Positions 45,843 to 56,700 of a stretch of 64,000 nucleotides of DNA are shown here, one piece after another. The notes under the pieces are model-generated. The model did not search any database. It was not told the origin of the DNA and saw nothing but the letters and a program-made list of their open reading frames with translations. Position 1 is the stretch's first letter, and each line of letters starts with the position of its first letter. Location: IMG/VR virus record IMGVR_UViG_3300002143_000235, positions 249,709 through 313,708 of that record; one strand, written 5' to 3'. Made by a program: the position numbers and the translations under genes.

Positions 45843-45924
45843 TTCTTGTGGTGTAATTAGCACGGTCCACTAAGTGGGAGAAGTTTGGGTAGGCGATTAA
45901 CGCTATTTAAATCCCAACAAGAGC
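45843..45924 (+). ncRNA. Aberrant tRNA-like RNA
   Basis: TTCTTGT/ACAAGAG acceptor, GTG/CAC D-arm, CCAC-TAA-GTGG arm, hairpin inserted in the T-loop. Confidence 0.45.
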
Positions 45925-46181
45925 GGTATTCCAGGTTATCAATCTCCTTATGATTGGTTAGTTATGTCGGCACTAAAAGTTCGATCCTTGTTTAAAGTTT
46001 TTTATTGGTTAACAAAAACTACTTTATCTGTTCAATATGCGTGAACAGACGGTTTTATCTTAAACCGTATGCATAGATCGTTTAGTATATTAGCGTCAAA
46101 ATATACAGACATACTAAGATATGTAACATCGTTGTCACTATACGCACTATGGAAATGTGTTTAAAAATGATGACGATAAAT

Positions 46182-46267
46182 GCGGAGGTGGCGAAATTGA
46201 TTAACGTTTACGGACAAGTTTTCGTAGATGAAAAAATTCAATGTTGGTTTGAGTCCAACCCTCTGCA
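46182..46267 (+). tRNA. Degenerate Leu-like tRNA (non-canonical anticodon loop)
   Basis: GCGGAGG/CCTCTGC-A, TGGCGAAATTG D-region, GTTGG-TTTGAGT-CCAAC. Confidence 0.55.
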
Positions 46268-46274
46268 CTAAAAT

Positions 46275-46345
46275 ACAGGGTTAGTTTAAAGTTAAAACGC
46301 GGATCGTTGGGATCCGAGATGTTGGTTCAATTCCAATACGCTGTA
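46275..46345 (+). tRNA. Atypical tRNA (Pro/Gln-like anticodon arm)
   Basis: ACAGGGT/ACGCTGT-A, CGGATC-GTTGG-GATCCG, TTGG-TTCAATT-CCAA. Confidence 0.55.
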
Positions 46346-47547
46346 CAAATATTATTGATTGAACACCAATAAACGCAATGGTGAGACGGTAGTAATACCG
46401 TCTCATACAGGACCGATAAAGAAATTTATTGGTCCTTTTGCATTTTATATCAGTATTTTATCTATATTTGTACAGTTCAATTAATAATTACAAATAATCA
46501 TGGAAGTAAATTTCAAACCTGAAAAATTTATCAATGCAGATCCACCAGAATTAACTGATGGAATGATTGATTGGTTTTATTCAAATCTGTGGTCTTGGCA
46601 ACGTAATCGCTATGAATTTTGCGATATAAAGAAAATTGATACAATTAATGTACGATTAAACACATCGTACAATGGTTGGACTATTATATATTTTTACATC
46701 TCAATCAATGGTGGTCCTGAATTTTGTGCTGAATTTGATAAAACATACTACAGTGATTTTCACGATCGTTGGAAGAAAAACTATGGACGAGCATTCAACC
46801 GCGATAAAGAACTTTGTACGCTTATTAATGTCAATGGTGTTGACATAGGTGATAATGGGCCAGTAGAACGTGAAGAAAGACGCATTGAACTTGCGGAATT
46901 AAAACGAAATGCAAAACAGCATGTTAAGCGATTACGTTCAACCTGGGAAAGTTACGTGCGTCTAAAAGCATATTTTAATATTGATTAATAATGTCTATTA
47001 TTTCTATTACATACGACGAACCAAATACTGACACGTACCAAAGTGTTAAAGCATCTTTAAGTTTTAAGGATGATAAACGTGAATTTACTTCAGGTAATTT
47101 TATTAAAGATTGGTATGATGCTATTAAGTTTCTTATACATGAATCAGAAGATGGAGAACCGTGGTCACAATCCTCAAGTGTTGATCATTTTATTATGGAT
47201 GGTGCACAATTTAAAAGTGCTTATTTATGTAAAGACAACTTGATTGGTGGATGGCATCTTGTTTATGATTACGATGAAGTATCTTATGGATCAGGTATTG
47301 AGTTTTTTGTTGAAAAAAATACTCGTCCAACGTGGGATGAATTTAAAAATGAAATGGAAAAAATTAATGTATGAATGAATACAGAAAAATAGATCTTGAC
47401 AAACTTATTTCACAAGCAGGAAAAGTTAAAGTTACAATTATTAACGATGAGACAGGAGCAATTTCAGAAACTACATTTACTGATTATGAAACAGCAGTAC
47501 ATGAGATTGAAATTCTTGAAAATGAAAATACAATTTACTTTTAAAAG

Positions 47548-48258
47548 ATGAATATTCCAATCACTAAAGAGCAACATGAACGATTTGCTGACGTTCATAA
47601 ATATGATCTTATTTTTGGATCACGATTATTCGGTGTACATAGAGAAGATTCAGATTTTGATATAATTTCACTCTATAAATACGAAGATGTTTTCGGACCA
47701 AAAATATATTATCATAGTCTTCCAAATATTCATTCATTTAAATATGAGGATACAGAAAAAAATGAGGATCGTATTTACATGACTTACGAGCAGTTTTGGA
47801 AAGCTTTCTATGATGGTGATGGTACAATGTATGCAGATATTATCTTGTTTGGTGATTATTTTGCTCTGGATGCACTCAAACTATGTAGAGCATATAAAGT
47901 TATTAAAGGTTATTGTGGTACAGCCAAACGCGATCTTTTAGCTGCTAAACGTTGCACACCAGAAGAACGAAAAAAGATTTTTCATCGTTCCGCAAAAAAT
48001 CTTTATATTACTGGTTGTCTTATAGATAATGAATATCCAGATATTGAACACATCAGAAATGTTATATTTAAACAAGCAGAAGGTGTCACAACATCAATAG
48101 ATACACTACTCAAAGTAGAAACATATCTGAGGGAGGAAGCCAATAAGCTCTTCAATTCACATGAGATTGAAAACTACCACATTCCGACAACTGACGATGA
48201 GCTGCTGAACATCATGCTCAGTGGTAACAACCTCAAAGAATACATCTTCAAGAAATAG
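47548..48258 (+). CDS. Pol-beta superfamily nucleotidyltransferase (paralog of 40697-41497)
   Basis: FGSRLFGVHREDSDFDI; shared YKVIKGYCGTAKRD vs YTVLKAYLGMARRD. Confidence 0.7.
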   Translation: MNIPITKEQHERFADVHKYDLIFGSRLFGVHREDSDFDIISLYKYEDVFGPKIYYHSLPNIHSFKYEDTEKNEDRIYMTYEQFWKAFYDGDGTMYADIILFGDYFALDALKLCRAYKVIKGYCGTAKRDLLAAKRCTPEERKKIFHRSAKNLYITGCLIDNEYPDIEHIRNVIFKQAEGVTTSIDTLLKVETYLREEANKLFNSHEIENYHIPTTDDELLNIMLSGNNLKEYIFKK

Positions 48259-48267
48259 AAAAGGACC

Positions 48268-48705
48268 TCAATTGAGGTCCTTTTCTTTTTGTGATGAGAA
48301 CCAAATCTCACCAGTTAATTCATCCATTACATGTATGCGATCATCATTGTGTGGTGATGGAAAACAATATTCCTTTGTAAAGGGAAGGTTTTTAGAACCA
48401 AGAATACAAATCTCACCAGTTGTATCATCGAACACAACATAGTCTTTATAATCAGTAATTAATTCTGAAATTTGTTTCTGTGCTTCTTCCACAGACAATC
48501 CATTTGTTGGAATAGTGTAGATTCGATGAATTGTTGATCCTGGATAATTTACCATCAATCTTGGATCAAACATGGGTTTGAATCTGAATGTCCCATCATC
48601 ATTCATTGGATAGAATGATGATAGATCAGGATTTAGAAGCCGATAGATTTCCATTCGAATACATTCAAACGTCAATCTCAATTTGAAGATCAAGTTACTG
48701 CGCAT
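48268..48705 (-). CDS. Small protein resembling an internal segment of T4-like portal protein
   Basis: RIYTIPTNGLSVEEAQKQISELITDYK...LPFTKEYCFPS recalls the gp20-type RIFYIDVGNL..KAEQY...EDFWLP segment. Confidence 0.4.
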   Translation of the reverse strand: MRSNLIFKLRLTFECIRMEIYRLLNPDLSSFYPMNDDGTFRFKPMFDPRLMVNYPGSTIHRIYTIPTNGLSVEEAQKQISELITDYKDYVVFDDTTGEICILGSKNLPFTKEYCFPSPHNDDRIHVMDELTGEIWFSSQKEKDLN

Positions 48706-49753
48706 TGAACAAGCGTGATCCTTTTTTCTTCTTCTTCATGTCGTACTCATGCACTTTAACAATTGCACCATCAAGTGTTTGAAGATTTAATTTGTTAATT
48801 GGTTTAATATAAATGTCATTTACTAATTCTGGTGAATGTGAACCAGTAATATCACTTTTCCAAAAATCAAACTTGAATAAGAACCCAATTAAATATGGAT
48901 CTTTTTTATTGTCAACTACTGCATACATATCAGTTTCCTGACGATTTTTTGTAATTTTCAAGTTTGTATCAGAAGTAGATTTCACATCAATGTTGTAATG
49001 TTTACCATTCTTGTGAACAACAATATCAATACCTAAATCATCGCCAGCAACCCAATCCATTGTAACATCTTCTCCATCTTTTAAAAGATTTAAATAGATC
49101 ATGATTTGTGCATAAAGCCCAGTTGCAATGTTTTTGATTTTAGTTTTTGTTGAACGTTGCGTTGTATCAGCAAAACGTTTGTGAAATTCTTCAGCGTATT
49201 TTTGACAAATATCTTTGATTTCTTTTTTACTATAGTGTGGTAAACATGTTACAAATACATCGCTTACCAATTGTTTTTTATTTTTACTGTATTTGTTTGG
49301 TAAATCTTTATTCCAAAAGTAAGTTGAGTGTCCGTTACGTCCACGTGACGCATTGTGGACAAAATCGTGTGCGCTGATCATAGCAAGAAATGCTATATCT
49401 TTACTAACATCGTCATAAAAATAAAGTGGACATTCAATAAGATCTACAATTTGATGATCTTCTAATCCTGTAAGCCATGTATGATCATTTGAATTAAGTG
49501 CACTTTTAACAACATTTAAGTAAGCATTGTTCCATGTGATTGTATTCATTGATGAAAATATCGGAAGGATGACACGTACAGGTTTATTGTCAATAGTGAT
49601 AACAAAAAGCGTTTCACATAAACCGTTGCGGTATTCGTTGCTGAATGTCAGCTTGTATCCTTTTGTTAGATCATTTTTATAACATTTTAAAATATTTATA
49701 AAATTTTGATCCGCTAGGATTTGATCAACAATTGATAATTTTGTTGTTGTCAT
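48695..49753 (-). CDS. Protein with a C-terminal PD-(D/E)xK nuclease-like domain
   Basis: DDLGIDIVV...NIDVKST. Confidence 0.5.
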   Translation of the reverse strand: MTTTKLSIVDQILADQNFINILKCYKNDLTKGYKLTFSNEYRNGLCETLFVITIDNKPVRVILPIFSSMNTITWNNAYLNVVKSALNSNDHTWLTGLEDHQIVDLIECPLYFYDDVSKDIAFLAMISAHDFVHNASRGRNGHSTYFWNKDLPNKYSKNKKQLVSDVFVTCLPHYSKKEIKDICQKYAEEFHKRFADTTQRSTKTKIKNIATGLYAQIMIYLNLLKDGEDVTMDWVAGDDLGIDIVVHKNGKHYNIDVKSTSDTNLKITKNRQETDMYAVVDNKKDPYLIGFLFKFDFWKSDITGSHSPELVNDIYIKPINKLNLQTLDGAIVKVHEYDMKKKKKGSRLFNAQ

Positions 49754-50371
49754 TACTATTTATCTCCGTCGACGAAGATTTTACATCCGTCTGTTTTTTT
49801 CTAATTGTACACGAAATTCCTCTATTTGTTTGGAATATTCTGTTTGTGTTTTTTCCCAAATTAAAGGAAAAAATGATTCTAAACGCTTTGTTACATTTGC
49901 AGCAATAAGTTGGTTCACTTGGTTATATACAAATGCATAGATTTCAACTGGTATTGTTGATGAGAAAGATGGATCATGAATATTATCATTCATATATTGA
50001 CAGAACAAATTATTTACAGCATTCATTCTTCTGTGTCTTTATGTTTTGTTGGATTACGTTTTGAATTTTCTTCAGTATTTTCCTCTTCTGTTTGACAAAA
50101 CAATTTAAACACTTTACCAGTATTTGGGCAAGTGAACTGTATAAAATTATTATCTGGTGAATTAATTAATTCAAAACTGATTGCATCATTGTTGTTGATG
50201 TCCTTGTAAAGAAGAACATCCTCATCATTATCAAAACGCACATAAACATTATATGTGCCTGATTTTGCACGTTCTTCTTCCTTTTTTTGTTCAGGACTTT
50301 TATAATTTCCTATTAGATCATCGAAAAGACTCATACCAAAACATTTTCAAATTTATAGAGTCTAAAACTCA

Positions 50372-52012
50372 TTAATCTATATATTGAACAGCATCTAATA
50401 CCCATTTTGGAAAATAATGACTATTCCAACGAAGAAGATCTGCAAAACAACCATCAAGAACATATGTTGATGCATGATCATCCATACTTCTAATTGATCG
50501 TCCATATGATTGAACTACATCCCTTACTGTAGCTAAAGGATAATATTCTTTCATTGTATCCATACGCTTTTTGATCTTTTTAGATCCAAGGTTTGGATAC
50601 GGTATTTTTAATATTGTTTGATGTCTGGATAAATCATCGGATAAATCTACACCAACCATCATAGATGGTGATACAAGTACTGTTGGTTCATCAATTGTCT
50701 GATGTTGTTGAAGTATTTCTGATCTGTTTGATGAATCGTGTGCAAGCATTCTGTTTGAATCAAATGCTTCGCTTACCCAACGTTGAAGTTCGTAATTTGC
50801 AGTATGAATAATGCCTTTCTCTTTTGCATGTCGCTTCATGATTTTCTTAAGAACCTCAAGCTGCTTGGGCCAGACAATTTCTTTTGTTTTAAATGTTTGT
50901 TTACCAACATTTTTAAAAAAATAAATTGGTCTATTTGCTACAGGAAAAGGTGAATCAATACAAATATAATCAGCCATACTAGCATCAATACCATTCATTT
51001 TTGAAAATGCAATCTTGTCTAAAATTGTACCAGACATAAAAATAATATAATCGTATCGACTCCAAACATATTCATCAAGATATGGATATGCCCAAACTGG
51101 TTGTGCTGTCATCTCTACATATTCATCACTAACACCACCACCTTTACTAAATTTTTTAATACGTTCAGCTTCTAAGATCCAATTGTCTTTTGTTTTTTCA
51201 AATTGTTCAGAAAGTGAATCCCATTTCATCATATTGTTTCCAAGTGATTGAATTGTATTTAACGCTTCCATACTACCTTCTTCGGCTTCACGTGATAAAC
51301 GATTCATTACTGATTTAGCAATATTCAAAAAAGGCTCTTTAACAATTTCAATGAATTCTTCAATTAAAAGATCTTCAGGATAGTCACCAAATAATGCCAT
51401 TGCTCGGTGTGTGTCATCATCAGTAAAGCCATTTCTTTTGAGTAATGGTTTACTTATTTTTGTTGTAATAAAGTCTGCGAATACATTTTCAAAGTCGTGC
51501 GCCTCATCAATAATAAGAACACGTGATTGTCTTTTCCAAGCCATAGGCATGAAGACTTTGTATGTTAAAAATAAATGAAAATTAGTTAATGCAACATCAC
51601 CATTTTCAAACTTATACTTTGCTTCTTTATACGGACAATTTTCACATTGAACACCCTGTATTTTACACCAATCCATTCCAGATCCACAGTCTGTATTGAA
51701 AGTTTCACAAGAATAAGATCCTTTTCCCCATAATGAATTCATGAAGTCAAAATCGTTTGTATATTGTTCTTGAAGAATTTTAGAATTTGTTAAAATATCA
51801 AAGTTTGCTGAAATATCATACTCTTTCTTAAACCAATCCATAAACATTACAGAATAGTACGACTTACCAATACCAACAGGTGCATCAATAAGAATAAATT
51901 TTTTATTATTCATAATTGCTTGTTTGGTAAAATTAAGCAATTCTGTTTGCTGTGGTCTTGGGTTTTTACTGAGCTTGATGCGCTCTATATTGTAGATGGA
52001 AACGTCTTTCAT
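50372..52012 (-). CDS. DinG/XPD-family helicase
   Basis: PRPQQ, APVGIGKS, Cys cluster, IIDEAH, SGT, GVD, KIPYP, QSYGRSIRSMDD; start MKDVS at 52012 preferred. Confidence 0.88.
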   Translation of the reverse strand: MKDVSIYNIERIKLSKNPRPQQTELLNFTKQAIMNNKKFILIDAPVGIGKSYYSVMFMDWFKKEYDISANFDILTNSKILQEQYTNDFDFMNSLWGKGSYSCETFNTDCGSGMDWCKIQGVQCENCPYKEAKYKFENGDVALTNFHLFLTYKVFMPMAWKRQSRVLIIDEAHDFENVFADFITTKISKPLLKRNGFTDDDTHRAMALFGDYPEDLLIEEFIEIVKEPFLNIAKSVMNRLSREAEEGSMEALNTIQSLGNNMMKWDSLSEQFEKTKDNWILEAERIKKFSKGGGVSDEYVEMTAQPVWAYPYLDEYVWSRYDYIIFMSGTILDKIAFSKMNGIDASMADYICIDSPFPVANRPIYFFKNVGKQTFKTKEIVWPKQLEVLKKIMKRHAKEKGIIHTANYELQRWVSEAFDSNRMLAHDSSNRSEILQQHQTIDEPTVLVSPSMMVGVDLSDDLSRHQTILKIPYPNLGSKKIKKRMDTMKEYYPLATVRDVVQSYGRSIRSMDDHASTYVLDGCFADLLRWNSHYFPKWVLDAVQYID

Positions 52013-53107
52013 ACAATCTTTTATCTGAAAAAGATTAAAGTGTTTAAAAAATAGAGAAAAGAAAAGAATTAAAAAATGTGCCACATATGTATTATATGCA
52101 TACACATGAGAAATATTAAATTATTTACGACCTACTATACTTGTTTTTTTAACTTTAAAAGGTGGTTGACCATAATATGGACTTGATTCCTCCATTTCAA
52201 CTGTTACACTATCTTTTCCAGAATTCGTAACTATTACTGATACAACGTCTTCTGTAATTGGATGATGAACAAATACTATATCACCTGCAGAAAGTTTCAT
52301 TCCTTCATATAAAGCTAAGAGTCTATCTTTACCATAAATGTGTATCATATGCTTCTATATATCAAAAAAACAATGTATCATTGCAACATTCAAAAGATTA
52401 TATGAAAGGCGTTATACTAGGAGTTAATCTCCATGATTACAAGACAGAATTAAAAACTGGTGAATTAGTTTGTATAGACAACGAGTTTTACAAATTAGAA
52501 AAAATTGATCCTACATTTGGAGATGTTAAATATTTTGTAAATTCAAAAATTAACAACGAACCAATGAATTTTGAAAGAAGTGAAATATCGAAAGCTACAA
52601 TACAGATTTTTGATTCATTGATTTATTATGGTGAAGGCAAACAAGTACGTATTGGATATTTATCGCCATCAGATATTCGAAATATGCGTGCTAAAACAGT
52701 TATTGAAATGGATCTTCCATCTTCAGAAATTGATAATATACACGATGTAGATCTTATTGGACATGAATTTGATGGTAATGTATTAATCAAACAAGAACAA
52801 GATTACGAATTTATTACACATCCTGTTGCTTATTTTAAAGTTTTAACATGATAATAGTAACAATTAGTGCGTGTATATTAATAATCGTTGGAATTATTAT
52901 AATGATGTCATATCTTCACCGTAAGGAAATTAAATTCTTTGAGGATGCAGAACGTATGGAAATTCTTTTAAAGACGAATAACATCACCTATGACGCTGCT
53001 ATTGAAGATTTGAACAAACTTAGGAAAAATGTTAAGAACCGCGACGAACGTCACAGGTACTATCAGATTGTGAAACTCATTGAACTCAAATTCAATACTG
53101 ACATTGT

Positions 53108-53962
53108 ATGAAAATTAGAACTGATATTAATGCTAACTATAAAGCGGTATTCTTCAACTATAAAACAGTTAGGATGCGTATCGATAATTCCAAACCAATT
53201 ACTGCTCCAAAACATCCAGAAATTGAAGATGTTGCAATCAATTCAAAATGTCTTGCTGCTTGTTCATACTGTTACACATCAGCTCTCAAAACAGGTGTAA
53301 ATTTTTCAGATATTGTAGGAAAGGCAACAGCTGTCTGGGGATCATTGAAACCAGAAGACAGACCGTTCCAGATTGCAATTGGTGGTGCAGGTGAATCAAC
53401 AATGCATCCAGATTGGGTTGATTTTGTAAAACATGTAAGTGAGTTGGGTATTGTACCGAATTATACAACAAATGGTATGCACCTCACACCTGAAGTTCTT
53501 GAAGCTACAGAAAAGTATTGTGGTGGTGTTGCATTAAGTTATCATCCACATATCAAAAAAGTATTCACTGAAGCAATGGATAAATTGAAGCAGATTGATA
53601 CTAAATTGAATACACATGTAATTATTGGTGATAAACAATCTTTGCTTGACTTACAAAACATTTTTGATACGTATAAAGACGATATGGATTACTTTGTAGT
53701 TCTTCCATATCAAGCTGCAGGTCGAGCTAAAGAAATTGATACAACAGAAACTTGGAAAGAATTGTTTCTCTGGATTGAAACTTTATCTGACGAACGCAAG
53801 AATCAATTTGCATTTGGTGCGCTTTTTTACGAATACCTGTTAATAAACAAACCAGGATTTGAAATTAATATCTATGAGCCTGAAATCTATTCTGGTTACA
53901 GACTTATGGATAATACATTTAACACATTAAGAAAATCGAGTTATGACCTCACAGAAAAATAA
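53108..53962 (+). CDS. Radical SAM protein
   Basis: CLAACSYC (CxxxCxxC), IGGAGE, NYTTNG. Confidence 0.88.
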   Translation: MKIRTDINANYKAVFFNYKTVRMRIDNSKPITAPKHPEIEDVAINSKCLAACSYCYTSALKTGVNFSDIVGKATAVWGSLKPEDRPFQIAIGGAGESTMHPDWVDFVKHVSELGIVPNYTTNGMHLTPEVLEATEKYCGGVALSYHPHIKKVFTEAMDKLKQIDTKLNTHVIIGDKQSLLDLQNIFDTYKDDMDYFVVLPYQAAGRAKEIDTTETWKELFLWIETLSDERKNQFAFGALFYEYLLINKPGFEINIYEPEIYSGYRLMDNTFNTLRKSSYDLTEK

Positions 53963-54350
53963 AGTACTTGCTTTCATTCGAATTGATTCGATAATTGACA
54001 TCATTACAAATTCTAGTTCAGAACTTTTTGTTATTGAGAACAAAATGGCAATTCCTATTTTAGTTGAAATGACAAACTCAGTGCTTTCAGGTACCGGTTT
54101 CTCTATCACTGAATCATGTGTGGAAAAACGCCTTGTTCAAGATCAACAAGATCACGAAACAGAATGGAAAATTAATGAAGCTCTTGTTTTGTTTCCTGAA
54201 CATGTTCGTGAAGAACTAAAAGCAAAGTATTTGACAGAACCAAACTGGTATGGTATTTCATTTGATCGTGATGATATTTATCGAAACAATGATGATATAA
54301 GAGGAAAATTAATAAGTATCGGTTATGAACTTATTGATACTGACTATTAA
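53943..54350 (+). CDS. 'IDIITNSSSELF' motif protein
   Basis: N-terminal motif shared with 55190-55717; overlaps the radical SAM gene end. Confidence 0.6.
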   Translation: MTSQKNKVLAFIRIDSIIDIITNSSSELFVIENKMAIPILVEMTNSVLSGTGFSITESCVEKRLVQDQQDHETEWKINEALVLFPEHVREELKAKYLTEPNWYGISFDRDDIYRNNDDIRGKLISIGYELIDTDY

Positions 54351-55189
54351 ATAACAAACAAATATGGGATTTTCATATCACAAAACAAAGGACGACTATT
54401 TTATCACAATTAATGATAAACCTTTCACTGATTATCATCCAAACGATGTAGCTTCATTGATTAATAGTCTTCCTGAAGATCAAAAAGTCATTGTAAAGGA
54501 AATGATTCGTCAAAAACCAGAGCATATGTATGAAGATATGACTGGTGTTGAACTACCTGATGATTATGCTGTTGCTTATGGACGACCGTCTATATCTGAA
54601 GTACCATTCATGGGTTCTGAAAATGATGGTTATCCATATCTTCCGGGTCATAATCCTATGTGTAATGGAAAACCATATCATAATGGTATGTGTAAATGTA
54701 AGTACACAGAGTGGAATATGCCTGATGGTAAAGTAGACCGATTTCATACACAAATGTGGCCAGGTGGGCCATGTATCGATGATTTTGATATGTAAATTAT
54801 GAATGTTCAATACAATAATACTAGAGAACTTGAACGATTTCTTCAACCGTTTGCTAAACTAGTATTGCTTAAGCGTGTTGGTAATCAAAAAAATAATTCA
54901 TATTTTTTAAATACTTTCAATCTAATCATTGAATTGAATAAAATAACATTTAAAGAGCATTTATACAGAAAAGATGCTTGGGGTCGTGGATATTTTGGGA
55001 CATGGTTAAAGGAACAATGTAAAACTGTAGGTTATCATTGTCATATAATTGATTTTAAACCATGTGAGGGTAATAAAAATCCCATCACTGGTGATAACTT
55101 AATATTTAGTAAATTGATGAGTGATTACGAAACACCTAGTTCAGAATATTATAACAATGTAGAATTTCAAATTTCAAAAATAGAAAACA

Positions 55190-55717
55190 ATGAGTAAAAC
55201 ACTTTATATTTTTAATGTCGATAATGCGATTGACATCATTACAAATTCAAGCTCTGAACTTTTCATTTTAAATGGTCAAAGCACAGAAATGGTCAATCAA
55301 ATGATTGAATCAGTGTATCCAGACTATAGATCTGAATACGAAGAAGTTGTTGCATTAAAAAATGCTTCACCAGATCAAATCAATACATACATTTCATGGA
55401 TTGAAGATCCATGGCATAGTAATTATAATCGTGATCGTAATTTAACAGAAAAAGAAAAACGAGCTAAAGAAATTAAAACTGCTGAGGATAAAGCTTTAAA
55501 ATTTGGAATGAAACCAGGTCTTTTCTATTCCAATTGGAATGAACGTAACAAAGATGGTTGGTGGTTTATTAATATTTCTGATCGAGGTCTTCGTAAAGCG
55601 GCTGAAATGTTAGATCCAAATGGAACTATCTTTATGTTATTTTCATTTGATGAGAATCCTAACTGGGACTATCAAGAAAAGTTGATGGATATTGGACAAC
55701 GCCATCACTTAGGATAA
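55190..55717 (+). CDS. 'IDIITNSSSELF' motif protein
   Basis: Identical 12-aa motif near the N-terminus. Confidence 0.6.
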   Translation: MSKTLYIFNVDNAIDIITNSSSELFILNGQSTEMVNQMIESVYPDYRSEYEEVVALKNASPDQINTYISWIEDPWHSNYNRDRNLTEKEKRAKEIKTAEDKALKFGMKPGLFYSNWNERNKDGWWFINISDRGLRKAAEMLDPNGTIFMLFSFDENPNWDYQEKLMDIGQRHHLG

Positions 55718-55861
55718 TGGCATATTTACCATGTGACTGGTGTGGAAAAATAACTGACACACAAGGAAGTTGGGATACACTAATAACAATTATATGTGGG
55801 CCATGCTATGATAAACGTGAAGCAAAAAAACAAAATAATACTACAGATAAAAAATCTACAA

Positions 55862-56113
55862 ATGAACACATATCCAGTAATCAACGGAATATATCAACAT
55901 TACAAAGGAGGAATCTATAAGGTACTGTTTCTCTCAAAACATACAGAGACTGAAGAGGTTATGGTAAATTACAAATCATTGCTCTTTGGTAGTTTTCATT
56001 CTCGTCCAATAGATAAATGGTTGGAAGAATTGGAAAAAGACAAACAGTCGGAGGTTCAAAAATCTCGTTTTTTGCTTATTAATGATCCAAAAGAATACGA
56101 GCCATGCGTATAA
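55862..56113 (+). CDS. DUF1653-like protein
   Basis: GIYQHYKGGIYKV, HTETEEVMVNY, RPIDKW. Confidence 0.75.
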   Translation: MNTYPVINGIYQHYKGGIYKVLFLSKHTETEEVMVNYKSLLFGSFHSRPIDKWLEELEKDKQSEVQKSRFLLINDPKEYEPCV

Positions 56114-56700
56114 ACCGTGTGAGTCCGTTGAATCCAATGCCGTCAGATATTCCAGGTAAAGGACATCCAGGAGGCTTTGGTACACCAAGAAAGTTTGATA
56201 TCCATACAGGAATTGATCTTTATTGTGAAAACAATGCCGACGTGTTTGCTATTGAACATGGAACAGTTGTTGCCATTGTAGGATTTACTGGACCATCAGC
56301 TGACTCTGCTTGGTGGAATGATACTGATGCAATCATTGTCAAGTCAAAGAAGGATGGAAAGTATATTGTTTATGGTGAAGTAATTGCATCATGTAATGTA
56401 GGTGAAGAAGTAAAAGCGGGTAATTTAATTGGACGTGTTGTAACAGTCTTAAAGAAAGACAAGGGACTTCCAATGAATATGCTTCACCTGGAGTATTATG
56501 ATACAGATTTCGATCTTGATCCGGTTGTGTGGAAACTTGATGAGTCACAACCGGAAACACTACTTCATCCGGGTCCGTTATTAGGGTTGTATCCACTTAT
56601 TGCAGAGACACCAAGACCATATCAGGAAATTGTGTTTGGAAGCACACCAGTTGGTATAGAACCACCATTTTCATCACATTATTATAAAAGAAAAATATGA
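56104..56700 (+). CDS. M23 family peptidase
   Basis: HTGID (HxxxD) and HLE motifs. Confidence 0.75.
   Translation: MRINRVSPLNPMPSDIPGKGHPGGFGTPRKFDIHTGIDLYCENNADVFAIEHGTVVAIVGFTGPSADSAWWNDTDAIIVKSKKDGKYIVYGEVIASCNVGEEVKAGNLIGRVVTVLKKDKGLPMNMLHLEYYDTDFDLDPVVWKLDESQPETLLHPGPLLGLYPLIAETPRPYQEIVFGSTPVGIEPPFSSHYYKRKI

Noticed and set aside
45843-45924. Amber suppressor tRNA (CTA in CCACTAAGTGG)
   Set aside because: No 7-nt loop with U33; the arm closes to a 3-nt loop and the T-loop is interrupted
40697-48258. CCA-adding enzyme call for the nucleotidyltransferases
   Set aside because: Only the minimal GS..DxD motif is seen; class II CCA-enzyme motifs such as RRD-x-T-x-N in the expected context are absent
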